A stretch of 64,000 nucleotides of DNA from an uncultured Nitrososphaerales archaeon (GCA_963713605.1 CAVQMO010000003.1:128001-192000), one strand, 5' to 3'. Positions 10,284-21,333 are shown, numbered from the stretch's first letter. Numbers and translations are program-made. Notes: generated by a model not told the origin, from the letters alone.

Positions 10284-10958
10284 ATGATAAAATCAGACTT
10301 TATTGCTTGTGGTACAGCTGTGGTTGCTATTTTATTAACTGTAGGCCTCTCTATCGTTCCAATCACAGTAACAGCCCAGAATACGGGTAACGTTACCACT
10401 GATATTCTTACTACAACTAAGAATATTCATAATACTACTCTTCCGGGGGATACGATTGTACATCGTGGTATAATCTCTTCTGAAGAGCCCGCTCATCTGG
10501 TCTTACGTTCAGGTGAAAAAAATCATGGCGTAGAAATTCTGCCCCACCGACCAGATGGCGCAACATATTCAGGTATTCTGACTTTCACGGCTACAAAGCC
10601 TGTCGAGGTGGGATTTGGTCACAGACTTCACGTAGATAATTCTACTCTTTCACAATTTGAAACTGAGAAGCTGGGCGATCTTTATAGACGCCATCATGTC
10701 AACAGTAGTGAGCACATCACACCTGGTATCATATCGGTTCCATCCCGTATCATACCTGACTATGGAGTCTCACCACCCTATTTCTCTGCCTCAATTCCAT
10801 TTGTAGGTAGTTCCGTATTTCTTACAACAACTGGAGAGCCATTCGTCGCAGTCTACGAAGTGGTTGCTGATGTTCTGCAACCTCAATTAGTTGTGGATAT
10901 AGATAGTACAAATATCACTAACTCTGACACTTCTGGGACTTCAAATGCTGAGAACTGA
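10284..10958 (+). CDS. Secreted hypothetical protein
   Basis: Signal peptide ending VTA-Q, several N-x-S/T sequons, His-rich. Confidence 0.75.
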   Translation: MIKSDFIACGTAVVAILLTVGLSIVPITVTAQNTGNVTTDILTTTKNIHNTTLPGDTIVHRGIISSEEPAHLVLRSGEKNHGVEILPHRPDGATYSGILTFTATKPVEVGFGHRLHVDNSTLSQFETEKLGDLYRRHHVNSSEHITPGIISVPSRIIPDYGVSPPYFSASIPFVGSSVFLTTTGEPFVAVYEVVADVLQPQLVVDIDSTNITNSDTSGTSNAEN

Positions 10959-11179
10959 AGTATATGATTTATGAATTGAGATAAGACCCCCCCGCAGGAG
11001 AGCGCAAATGATGATATCGTGAATTAGCAAAGTCAGATTTATAATATATGATGGGCATGGTATTGGTGCTCCCTATCAGTAAATGAATCATTTCTCAAAT
11101 GAAGAGGTTCTTATCAGAGCAATGGTATTGACTAATCATGTAGCACTTAAATACTAGTCCAGCTGACTCGTATAATAGA

Positions 11180-11483
11180 ATGCAAACACAAGCATACATA
11201 CTAGCAATAGTACTTCTGAGTACAATCGTGGCATCTTTGTCTGTTGGCAACTCAATGGTGTATAGTAGTAGTGATGACGATGATGACGACGACGATGAGA
11301 ATAATGATGAGAACGACCCATGTTATAAAGCTGGCTTCGCAGACTGGACGCAATGGCTCATTCAATCAAACTCAACAAAGTAGTTGTGGTAGCACCGGCC
11401 AGGCATACTATGAGGGCTTCATATCGGGCTGCATATCATCTGGTGGCGGAGACTATTCTGCCTGTGACGCAAAGACAGGATAA
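11180..11483 (+). CDS. Small secreted four-Cys protein with poly-Asp tract, split by a +1 frameshift near 11344
   Basis: Removing one base joins ...PCYKAGFAD to GRNGSFNQTQQSSCGSTGQAYYEGFISGCISSGGGDYSACDAKTG; span is 3n+1. Confidence 0.7.
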
Positions 11484-12132
11484 TAGCTAACTTCCTATTT
11501 TTATTATTTATTCAAATTGGATCTATGGATAGTGGTTAGTCTTGTTCATAATGGCGGTACTTATACATGACCATTCGAAATTACAAATCAAAAATAAAGT
11601 CTTAAAGATAAAATGTGCTACTAGTGGTGAAATGTTTGCCTGAACTAAATCTTGATACATATCCATCATGTTTAGAACAAAGTCATAGCCATCATGAACA
11701 TGGAAGCGGTAGCAGTATGTGCGGTCGCGACATTGGCCACTAATTTCTTACTGCCTATTCTAAACATCAAACTAGCTTAGTCAAGATCCTTCACATAAGA
11801 CTAATGAAAGTCTGTTTCAAATGGGCTCCCTGAGTTACAACTATACTCTTTGTTTCCTGTCGAAAGGTTCCAGGGGAATTCACTGTCAACAATTATGGTT
11901 TATTTATATCAGATGATTCAGGCAATTCGGGGAAGAATTTAGTTACTCTGTGGCCAACAGAATATCTTTTATAAACTCCATGGGGCAGATCATACTATAT
12001 TTGCTGTCAATATTTTGAACATAGAATTGAAGCTCATGATGAAAAAGATAACAAAGGATCCGGCGCCTGTCAGAGGTAGAAAGCTGAAGTCATGGCCCAT
12101 AAAGACAATAAACATAATAAAATAGGGAAAGA

Positions 12133-12339
12133 CTAAACTGATACGAGTTTGTTCTCTAACACAGCAACTGGCTTTTCCTCGACCGCAGTTATATTTTCCC
12201 AGCCGTGTAGGTGTTGTCCGCCTTCCTCCTTCATAGAAGCCTTAACTAGGTCCATAAAGGATTCTCCTTCTAACACTTTAGAACACAACAGGCATTTCCA
12301 TTTCCCATGTTTTTTTCTGACACAGTATAACGATGTCAT
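12133..12339 (-). CDS. Small putative zinc-binding protein
   Basis: WKCLLC...QHLH motif in a 68-aa ORF. Confidence 0.5.
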   Translation of the reverse strand: MTSLYCVRKKHGKWKCLLCSKVLEGESFMDLVKASMKEEGGQHLHGWENITAVEEKPVAVLENKLVSV

Positions 12340-12933
12340 CGCTTATCAATAGTTTGGAAATAATACTATGATAATATCAGAAATTGGAGACTTTGAAACT
12401 ATTTGTGTTAATGCAAGGTGGTAGTAGTGATAGTAGAAGTACCTCCGACTCAGAGGAATTAGGTACACTTACTTCATACTGTGCCTGCATTAACAAGTGT
12501 AAGCATGATATTCGAAGATAGGCTAGGTTGGGACTTCTATCACGACAATGACGATTAAGCTGATTAGAATCCCACATTAAACAAACAAAACACAGATGAT
12601 CTTACCATACTATCAGGTCTTGAACTGTCGGAATACATCCTATTGAGACTCAGAAACAAGTACAACTTATCTGCCTAATGGGTTTGAAACAAAATAATAG
12701 ACTGTACACCTCAGTATCTGACTAAAATTGGATTAAGCGTGGATGGGGTATGCGGTCAAGAGTATGTAAGATACCAATCCGGCTTCTCAAGCCTGGTAAT
12801 CTCATAATCAATCTCCCATCTCATGCTTGATTGTGGGCGTTTAGACCACGAAGCATTGCCAGAATGTGTTGTTCGAATGTAGTATTATACCTCACATTAT
12901 ATTAACCAAGGATGATATTAGAATATAAAAAAT

Positions 12934-14337
12934 ATGACAAACAGGATCAGCAAATCCAACACTCCTAGATACAGCAAATCAGACCTTCATGGATTTCTAC
13001 ACTTGCTTGAGCAGCATAATGACCTTCTTACAATTGATAAACAAGTTAGCCCAAAGTTTGAGCTGGCAGCTATTTCACATAAGCTCGATCGAAAAAAAGC
13101 CGTATTGTTTCAACATGTAGAAGGAAGTGAAATAAGCGTCGTGACTAATATCTTGGGTACTAGAAATAGGTTTTCATTAGCTATTGGGACTGAAGAGCCT
13201 GGATTAATTCATTCTCATATTCTAGAATCAATGTCAAATGCTACTTCTAAAAAAACTATTCAAGATGAACCTCCATTTCAGGATAATTCTTCAACAGATT
13301 TGTATGATCTACCTATTGTGATGCATTTTGAAAAAGATGCAGGTCATTATATTACATCTTCAATAGTCTACGTAAAAGATCAAGAAAGAGAAAACCAAAA
13401 CTCGTCAATTCATCGTTTTCTTAGATTAGATCGTAATCATATGGTAATAAGAATGGTAGAGGGGCGTCATCTTCATAAGTGTTATTCCTTTGCCAAGGAA
13501 CATGGAGAGGACTTAAAAGTTACGATTGTAGTAGGTGTTCATCCCGCTATTAGTATAGCTTCTGCATATCAGGCTGCGTATGGTTTTGATGAAATGATTT
13601 TAGCGAATTCCTTACTTAAAGGTGAGCTTTCCTTAAGTAAAAGTGACTACTCAGGTCTATATGTTCCCACCTTCTCTGAAATTATTCTTGAGGGCAAGAT
13701 ACTTCAGGACAAAACTGCAGAGGAATGGATGGTAGAAATGCTCCGAACCTACGACATAAAGCGACAACAACCCGTATTCGAACTTGATAGAATTAGATTT
13801 AGAGATAATGCTTTCTTTCATGATATCCTACCAGGATATTCTGAGCATCGACTATTGATGGGACTTCCAGTGGAAGCAAAATTATATGAAGGAGTAAAAA
13901 ATGTTGTTGCTTCTACTAAGACAGTTCACTTATCAGATGGAGGAAGTAATTGGTTAACTGCAATAATTCAAATTCATAAGCGACTAGAAGGCGAATCTAA
14001 GAATGCACTGTTGGCCGCGTTCGCAAATCATCCATCATTAAAGATAGCTATAGTAGTTGATGATGACATCGATCCGACTGATCCAGTTTCAATCGAATAT
14101 GCTATCTCCACACGATGTCAAGCAGACAAAGGACTCTTGATAATTCCTAATGCAAAGGGTTCCAGCTTGGATCCTTCTAGCGATCAGGTTAACTTATTGA
14201 CCACAAAATTGGGTATCGATGCCACTGTTAGTCTTCTTAAAGACAAAGAACGATTTGAAATAGCACGTATTCCTGGAGAAGACAAGATAGACCTATCAAA
14301 TTATGTTTCTAAACTTAAATCAAAAACAAAATCTTAG
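12934..14337 (+). CDS. ubiD: UbiD-family prFMN-dependent decarboxylase, probably anhydromevalonate phosphate decarboxylase-like
   Basis: RMVEGRH, EIILEG, VVDDDID, GSSLDPS and KLGIDAT motifs. Confidence 0.85.
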   Translation: MTNRISKSNTPRYSKSDLHGFLHLLEQHNDLLTIDKQVSPKFELAAISHKLDRKKAVLFQHVEGSEISVVTNILGTRNRFSLAIGTEEPGLIHSHILESMSNATSKKTIQDEPPFQDNSSTDLYDLPIVMHFEKDAGHYITSSIVYVKDQERENQNSSIHRFLRLDRNHMVIRMVEGRHLHKCYSFAKEHGEDLKVTIVVGVHPAISIASAYQAAYGFDEMILANSLLKGELSLSKSDYSGLYVPTFSEIILEGKILQDKTAEEWMVEMLRTYDIKRQQPVFELDRIRFRDNAFFHDILPGYSEHRLLMGLPVEAKLYEGVKNVVASTKTVHLSDGGSNWLTAIIQIHKRLEGESKNALLAAFANHPSLKIAIVVDDDIDPTDPVSIEYAISTRCQADKGLLIIPNAKGSSLDPSSDQVNLLTTKLGIDATVSLLKDKERFEIARIPGEDKIDLSNYVSKLKSKTKS

Positions 14338-14529
14338 ATACCCGATTTTATTATATGATCCTATGATACGTATTTCTGGTTCTCAATGGTCGAACCTTAA
14401 ACCAATGTTCTTCAGCGAAAGTTCGACTATGTGCATTGACACTCTCGTTGAAGTTCACGGAAAAGCGAGTCATTATCCTCTTCTGCGCAATATCTTAGTA
14501 AGATTGATGATGACCAAGGAAATAGTCCA

Positions 14530-15441
14530 ATGACGACAACGGCAAGTCTATGGCCAGAGTTACCGTTGGCTGAGTGGAAGGACACCTATGAGACACTCCA
14601 TATGTGGACTCAGATCGTGGGAAAGATTCGATTATCTCTCACACATCTAGAGAATCACTGGTGGAATTCTGCTCTATATGTGACATCTCGTGGACTCACG
14701 ACCTCTGCTATGTCATATCATGGTCGACTATTGCAGATGAGCTTCGATTTCATAGCTCACCTACTAGTCATTGAAACTGCAGAAGGTTATACGAAAACTG
14801 TCGCTCTGAAACCGCGCTCAGTAGCTGAATTTTATCGAGAAACGATGACATCCTTAGCATCACTTGAAATGCCTGTAACAATTTGGACCACGCCAGTAGA
14901 AGTGCCCGACCGAACCCCATTCGAAAAGGATCAGGAACATGCAGCATATGATCCAAAATATGCAGAGCGGTTCTGGCGAATTTTGGCTCAAGTTAGTAGA
15001 GTATTTACGGAGTTTCGTTGCAGGTTTACCGGTAAGGTGAGCCCAGTTCATTTTTTCTGGGGAGCTTTTGATCTGGCTGTGACCCGTTTTTCAGGACGCC
15101 CAGCACCTGCTCATCCTGGAGCGCCTAACGTAGCCCAGTTTGTGCAAGCAGAAGCGTATTCACATGAGGTAAGTAGTTGCGGATTCTGGCCCGGCGGTGG
15201 TCCTATTAATGAACCAGTTTTCTATGCCTATGCCTATCCAGAGCCTCCTGGATTTAAGGACTATTCAATCCAACCACCTGAAGCTTTCTATCATACTGGG
15301 ATGGGCGAATTCTTACTGCCATACGATGCGGTTAGAATAGCAAATTCACCTGATGAGAAATTGCTGAATTTCCTACAAAGCACCTATGAAGCAGCTGCGA
15401 CGGGTGCTAACTGGGATCGTAACGCATTGGAGCGTCGGTAA
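14530..15441 (+). CDS. DUF5996-family protein
   Basis: WKDTYETLHMWTQIVGKIR, SPVHFFWGAFDLAVTRFSGR, SCGFWPG, FYAYAYPEP. Confidence 0.85.
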   Translation: MTTTASLWPELPLAEWKDTYETLHMWTQIVGKIRLSLTHLENHWWNSALYVTSRGLTTSAMSYHGRLLQMSFDFIAHLLVIETAEGYTKTVALKPRSVAEFYRETMTSLASLEMPVTIWTTPVEVPDRTPFEKDQEHAAYDPKYAERFWRILAQVSRVFTEFRCRFTGKVSPVHFFWGAFDLAVTRFSGRPAPAHPGAPNVAQFVQAEAYSHEVSSCGFWPGGGPINEPVFYAYAYPEPPGFKDYSIQPPEAFYHTGMGEFLLPYDAVRIANSPDEKLLNFLQSTYEAAATGANWDRNALERR

Positions 15442-15594
15442 GTGGTATGTTACCACCAGCAGCATATTACTGTATTGTGGATGAAGTCGAGACGGTTAGT
15501 GGGCAGTACAAGGCACTCCTGTTATGGCTCATCCGCTAGAATTTTTAATACTTTTCCTGTTATACCACCCACACCTTTCATTGTCTTTAGTAGA

Positions 15595-15640
15595 AAATAA
15601 ATCAGATTTAATTTAGCGCTTGTTCTTTCTTAAAATAGAA
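15595..15640 (+). promoter_or_regulatory. Conserved upstream motif of secreted CGN-peptide gene 1
   Basis: ATAAATCAGATTTA...TGTTCTTTCTTAAA; similar sequence at the same distance upstream of the 16122 and 53741 genes. Confidence 0.6.
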
Positions 15641-15672
15641 AAGCAAGACAGTGGTTACAATCTATCAGAAGC

Positions 15673-15909
15673 ATGAACAATAAACATCTCCTTATCATAG
15701 CAGCAGTGACAGTTATGTTGATCGGCGCAACAGCACTTTCTACAATAGATAGCGCATTCGCAGGTAAGAAGAAATATGAGAAGAGCCAAGCTGCATCTCA
15801 AGCCAATGCATGTGGCAATGGTGAATTGCCATTGAATGTTTTCTGTCAAAACCTATTATCGCAAATTCAGGGAGACGGAAACGCAGTAAACCTCATCGGA
15901 GTACAATGA
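15673..15909 (+). CDS. Small secreted two-Cys Q/N-rich peptide (family member 1)
   Basis: Signal peptide ending SAFA; SQANACGNGELPLNVFCQNLLSQIQGDGNAV. Confidence 0.85.
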   Translation: MNNKHLLIIAAVTVMLIGATALSTIDSAFAGKKKYEKSQAASQANACGNGELPLNVFCQNLLSQIQGDGNAVNLIGVQ

Positions 15910-16121
15910 TAAAAATCGCCGTCATATGATATACCACTCTTTTTATTTCTAAATTCTATAAATAACGTATTCTTGGACTTTAAGATTTTATGATTGCACG
16001 GTAAGATTTGTAGTAGCGAAGATTTTTTCATATTATTTGATATAATAGATATACGATTTGTGTATCCTATTGTTTTTTCTTAAATGACATAAACTCCAAA
16101 TGATAAAAATATTATGGAAAC

Positions 16122-16391
16122 ATGAACTACAGATTTCTTGCCACTATTGCAGCCTTCACCTCTATTATTGCAACATCAATTGTGAGCACGCATATTGTAT
16201 TTGCCAGTAATTACGAAAAAAGTCAAACTATATCACAAACTAATGATTGCGGCAATTACTGGTTTCCACTAAATGTTTTGTGCTCCAACGTAGGTTCTCA
16301 AGTGCAGGGGGATGAAAATAGCGTTAGTATAGCCACTGGACAAGCAGAGGGAAAAGTTGAATCTAGTGAAAACTTTACTCCATTTCCGTAG
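16122..16391 (+). CDS. Small secreted two-Cys Q/N-rich peptide (family member 2)
   Basis: Signal peptide ending VFA; SQTNDCGNYWFPLNVLCSNVGSQVQGDENSV. Confidence 0.85.
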   Translation: MNYRFLATIAAFTSIIATSIVSTHIVFASNYEKSQTISQTNDCGNYWFPLNVLCSNVGSQVQGDENSVSIATGQAEGKVESSENFTPFP

Positions 16392-16848
16392 AAGTATTTC
16401 GGTTCGCAATATGCTAAACTGCTAGTCTTAGTTCCTACGTCCACTTTACAAATATATTACTATAATACACTACACTCTGTGGCACGATAGGTCAGATTTA
16501 GTGATATTCAATTTCTCTACTCTATTTATTCATAGGCTAAACACGGTCTATAATAGGGAAATGGCCACTGCAATAATAATCGGGGGGCATCAGATATAAT
16601 TGTTCAATCTTATAGAAGGCGAAATTACATTTCTAAAGTGAAAAAATCGATATTAGAGAATAACATAGATTACATTAAGATCAATAACGAAGCATTTCCA
16701 AGATCAGAAATAGTAAAGCAAAAAAATCGAAAGTGAATGGATATTATTTCAAACATTAAACCATAATTCATAGCCATAGGCATCAAGTAACAAAGTTACG
16801 TATCATTGGTGAACAATGGCTTTAATAGTCTTTCTAGATTTCTCTCCT

Positions 16849-17397
16849 ATGAAATCGTACAAACAATTTGCTGGCAAGAAGAAACTGATTGCTACTATCT
16901 TAGGAGTTGGAACGCTTCTATCAGCTATCTTCTTAGTTTCACCACTGGTATCTACAATGGCACAACAACAATTGCAACAACAACAGTTTGAAACAAATGA
17001 TCCGATACTGAATCAATTTAAAACAGAACCTACAATAAATGGATCTGTAAGCATTGCAGACAACTTAATAAATTTCCTTAAAGAGAGTACAAAGGTACCA
17101 TTTATTTCTGCTGCTGAAACAGCGCAACAACAAATTACCAATGGGACAGTATTAGGAGGTCACTTAGGAGCAACAAATGGATATCTTGTTTACACATACT
17201 TGGTAGTAAATCCGACTGATAAAACAATACACAAAGTAATTATCGATGCGGGGAATGGGGAAGTTTTAAGCACGTCTGCAGGTGATTCATTGGAATCGTT
17301 CGGTCAATCAAGACACGCAGAGTTTGGATATTGGAAGGGACACCATGGTTTCTTTGGAGGGTTATGGAATAGTCTACCACTTGGATCTGCACCTTAG
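16849..17397 (+). CDS. Secreted PepSY-domain protein
   Basis: Signal peptide; AAETAQQQITNGTVL...VYTY...VIIDAGNGEVL PepSY pattern; start likely ATG 16849. Confidence 0.75.
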   Translation: MKSYKQFAGKKKLIATILGVGTLLSAIFLVSPLVSTMAQQQLQQQQFETNDPILNQFKTEPTINGSVSIADNLINFLKESTKVPFISAAETAQQQITNGTVLGGHLGATNGYLVYTYLVVNPTDKTIHKVIIDAGNGEVLSTSAGDSLESFGQSRHAEFGYWKGHHGFFGGLWNSLPLGSAP

Positions 17398-17480
17398 ATA
17401 TCATTTGGATCCAATAATAATAATGAAGGTATTGGATCATGGTAACAATTGCGATGACTAGAGTAGTATTTTAATTGTTC

Positions 17481-18002
17481 ATGACAATAGTACCGGCGCT
17501 CACGGTAACTTCAATGAACCTTACTTGCAGTAGCGCAGCACCACCAGTTTCAGCACAAAGTGTATCCGCACCGTTACTTACAGAACAAGTTAAAGTCACT
17601 CGTGAGATGTCTGCACCAATTGATCAAAATTTGGAATATTGTTTCGAATTTTAATGAAAAGACAAAATATTGGTCAATAATTAAAGACATCAAAAATATC
17701 AACCAGACAGGTAATATGACTGATAGAGAGGTTACAATTGGTCGCCAGGATACAAAAAACTCATCAGTTTGTAACATTACATCCGGACCAAAAGTTAATA
17801 GTAACAAACATCGCTGAAGGGCATGTGATTGGCACCCGATTGCTCACACTGAACTCTCTTTCTGACACTAATGCAACAAGGGTTGATGTAGCTTGGGATT
17901 TGGATGAGTAACATCCCACTATTCGCATGAGGTTTCGCGAAGGACAACTTTATGAAAACAACTGAAGAAGCATTGGTAAAATAGAACAGGCTGTCAAATG
18001 GA
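17481..18002 (+). pseudogene. SRPBCC/START-fold protein pseudogene
   Basis: Across frames: SAPIDQ/IWNIVSNFNEKTKYW...REVTIG.../GTRLLTLNSLSDTNATRVDVAWDL/NIPLFA*GFAKDNFMKTTEEAL; multiple frameshifts and a stop. Confidence 0.7.
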
Positions 18003-18208
18003 TCCCTCCCCCATTCTTCCTTTTCTTCATGGAAGATTTTGCAGTTTGATATGGATCCCGGTACCTACTGTAACCGATCCAGAGCGAATCGGATTGGTTA
18101 TCCTTAGCCCGCTTATATTCAATTTTATGTTCTAGAAAAACAAGTTAGGTCATGTGATGGAAACGTGAAACAATAAGCTAGCATAGAATTGGAATAGTCG
18201 GTTTGGTG

Positions 18209-18237
18209 TGCATAAGTTATGCTGCATAAGTTATGCT
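18209..18237. repeat. 14-bp tandem repeat of a palindromic unit
   Basis: GCATAAGTTATGCT x2; each unit contains the inverted repeat GCATAA-G-TTATGC. Confidence 0.85.
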
Positions 18238-18249
18238 CAAATATTATCT

Positions 18250-18576
18250 TACAATTTTCTAATATTGATTGGTAAGAATATGATCAATACAATCAACGGC
18301 CATAGTAAAACTCTAGAGATGGAATGCTCACAGATAATTAAAAACCACACTAATTGTAAAATACGATTTGATGAGAATGCATTTCCCACAAGGGTTACAT
18401 CCTTTATTATCGATAACGAAATTTCACTCATCATTGAATCAAAGGATGAAGACAAAGGAAAACCTTGATGAGATGACAGGGTTAGCTACATACTCTAACA
18501 GTGAATCAACTGTTTATCCTATATAACTATCTTTGAGACGAGTTACATTAGAGAAGAAGAACTAAAAATGAAATAG
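18250..18576 (+). pseudogene. Remnant of a TrmB-like domain of the type found in thaumarchaeal sensor kinases
   Basis: KIRFDENAFPTRVTSFIIDNEISLIIESKDE / GLATYSNSESTV / SYITIFET across two frameshifts. Confidence 0.6.
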
Positions 18577-18932
18577 CTAGTTCAAGTTATATATCCATAT
18601 ATTTAATTGCAAAATAACAAAACTAGAATCGTTAGTTTATTAGTTGATTTTTGATATCCTCTAATTTTCTTTCCATTACATTTAGAAATTTAGATACATA
18701 GTACCATCTATCCATATTGCGACTATTATGGCAAAATGTTGCCCATGTTATAAGTTATCGTTCTCCAACCTAGACAAGATCTATAATTCGAACCATTAGA
18801 GTTTACAGGCAATGATATTTATCACCAAGTAGGCTATGTAGACAAACGAAGATAACTTGGATCAATGCAATATCTACCCGCTTTATCCAAGAGGAAGTAG
18901 AAAACTTTCGAATGAAATTGCTACTACCAATC

Positions 18933-20828
18933 TCATTGTGGACTTGTATTGATGAGGCCTGATATGCCTGATATTGGTAAGCTAAAGTAAAATGTCGCTC
19001 CATTTCCATCATTGTTATTCTCTGCCCAAATCTTGCCACCATGAGCTTCAATGATATTTTTTGAAACATACAATCCTAAACCAGTACCCGAAAAGGATTT
19101 GGTAACGAACTTTGAAAATAATTTTGGCATTATTTCTGGGTCGATACCGGTACCATTGTCCTTAACGCTAACTATAACGTTTCCATTAGGTATTTCGCTA
19201 TTATCGCTGTCACTACGCGCTACAACTATGTCCAATTTTCCATTTTGTTGTGGTGCAAATTTTATTGCATTATCAATTAAATTACTAATCACCTGAGTTA
19301 TTCTGCCTTTATCTGCTTGAACATACACACCAGCCTTCTCTGGCTGAAATGAGATTTCTGGAAATTGGTTATACTTTTCATTGTTGTTTCGTCTGATCTG
19401 ACTTCTATACTCTTGTAATATGGAGGTAATAGTATCATTGATACTGAATACTTCCTTCTTAATGTCCAGAGTGTGACCTTCAATCCTTGTAACGTCTAGG
19501 ACATCTTCTGCTAACCTCTGCAACCTCTTGGCATTTCTAATCACTATATCAAACAGCTTCTGTTGCTCAGAATTAGTTACTTTGGAACGGATAATAGTCA
19601 TAATACCAATAATTGGTTGCAGTGGTGTTCTCAATTCATGGGCGGCTATATCAATAAATTCCTTCTGTGTCTTATTATGTATCTTTAACTGTTCGTAGGC
19701 CGATGTTAGCTCTTTATTTGCCTTGTCTAGCTCTCTCGTTCTAGTGTTTACGATAGCATGCAATCTCCTGTTCCAGGTAAGAATTATGTATGCAATGACA
19801 GACGCTACCGAACCTATGATTATAATAATCAGAATGCTAAAATACTTTTGCTCGCCGATTGCAGAGGCTACATCACCGGCTAGATTGTGAGGGGCAGCAA
19901 CGTACAGGGTCAAAAAATTCGTTCCATTTAGTAGTACCGGTGAGAAAGCTATTGTGCTTACAGTGCCCTCTTTAGAAATTACATCTATTGATCCACTACT
20001 GTCATTACTATTGACCGAAGCTTTCAGAGCTTCATTTAACTGATCGCGTGACCTCTGTGAGAGTAGTGTTGAAAGTGCTGATTGCAATTCTCTCCCAAAG
20101 ATATTTTTGCCAACATACGATTGAGTATTTGCATAAAGTACCAAACCATTTTTGTCCACTAATCCAATTGTGCTATTAAATTGTGGAAGGAGCTGGTTTT
20201 TTAAAAGATCACCTAATACACTAGTCGTTATTCCTGCGACTACTACACCCATAAATGATCCTTTCTCTGTAGCATTAGTGCCTCTGTATTCTACTCCTTG
20301 CTTGCTCAAAATAGGGTATGATAAGAAATATCGAGGAACTTGATCATTTGACTCGATAAGGCTGCTATAGTATTCCATGCCTCTATCCCTTGCCATTGTA
20401 AAGTATGGCCTATAGCTCAGGTCAAAGCCTTTGTATTGCTGGTATGCGGTAGAGTTAATGTTGCTAATCCATTCTATCTTACCATCCTCATTAAGCCACA
20501 TGTAGAAGTCAGTTAGACTGTTTGTGTAATTTTGCCTGGAGTCAATTATCAGACGCGCCCTCTGATATTCATTATTTTGTAGTGCAGGAGCGTCTGCCAA
20601 CGTTTGCAGAAGAGGAATTATGGATTCTAAACGATTCGTGAGTATTTCCGACAGATCATGAGCTTGAATTATGGCATTGGATCTTATCTCTTGTGTAGCA
20701 ATATCGACAACCTTAGTAGAGATTGAATTAGAATATTGAAATGCAAGTATAGAGAGGATAATTGCTGTAGCACTAATAGCTACCAACATGACAAGGCTAT
20801 TCTTCGATATCTTAAGTCCTCTCAGCAA
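18933..20828 (-). CDS. Membrane sensor histidine kinase with extracellular Cache-like domain
   Basis: Two TM helices, DLSYRPYF Cache motif, AAHELRTP H-box, NLIDNAIKF, DNGTGI, GTGLGL. Confidence 0.95.
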   Translation of the reverse strand: MLRGLKISKNSLVMLVAISATAIILSILAFQYSNSISTKVVDIATQEIRSNAIIQAHDLSEILTNRLESIIPLLQTLADAPALQNNEYQRARLIIDSRQNYTNSLTDFYMWLNEDGKIEWISNINSTAYQQYKGFDLSYRPYFTMARDRGMEYYSSLIESNDQVPRYFLSYPILSKQGVEYRGTNATEKGSFMGVVVAGITTSVLGDLLKNQLLPQFNSTIGLVDKNGLVLYANTQSYVGKNIFGRELQSALSTLLSQRSRDQLNEALKASVNSNDSSGSIDVISKEGTVSTIAFSPVLLNGTNFLTLYVAAPHNLAGDVASAIGEQKYFSILIIIIIGSVASVIAYIILTWNRRLHAIVNTRTRELDKANKELTSAYEQLKIHNKTQKEFIDIAAHELRTPLQPIIGIMTIIRSKVTNSEQQKLFDIVIRNAKRLQRLAEDVLDVTRIEGHTLDIKKEVFSINDTITSILQEYRSQIRRNNNEKYNQFPEISFQPEKAGVYVQADKGRITQVISNLIDNAIKFAPQQNGKLDIVVARSDSDNSEIPNGNVIVSVKDNGTGIDPEIMPKLFSKFVTKSFSGTGLGLYVSKNIIEAHGGKIWAENNNDGNGATFYFSLPISGISGLINTSPQ

Positions 20829-21333
20829 AGTATCTAGTGATCATCAAACACGTAGTTCTTATAGTAAAAGTTTACTTAAGATTTAGACATGGTGCAGTGC
20901 AGAAAAAATCTAAATAGCATTCATTTCTTCAGACGACACATACATTAGCAATGAGTCTATGGCCGTTCACTATTATTATTTAACAAGTAGTAGAAATTTC
21001 GAAATTAATTTCTAGCGTCAAACAATGTATTAGGACGCTTTACTGAGTTTATATGACAAGAGCGATAGCAATGTGGGCTATAAGTTCTTTACTTGATCGT
21101 TTTCTCTGAATTCCTAGCGAAGTATATGTTACATTCATTAGCCCTTGCCAATAGACAAAAAATATAGCATTATACCATTCAGATTCAAAATATGCCTAAT
21201 TCTTGCTCATAAATCTTATACAATAAGGTTACTATCAACAATGAATAATATTTCTAAGATTTTGGTAGCAGCCAGAATATTCACACCAGTTACAGTCTTT
21301 ATTTTTTGTCCAAAAAATGCTTTAAAATCATTC

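Noticed and set aside
16560..16737. Possible response-regulator C-terminal remnant (GASDII...ISKVKK)
   Set aside because: Similarity too short and weak to support.
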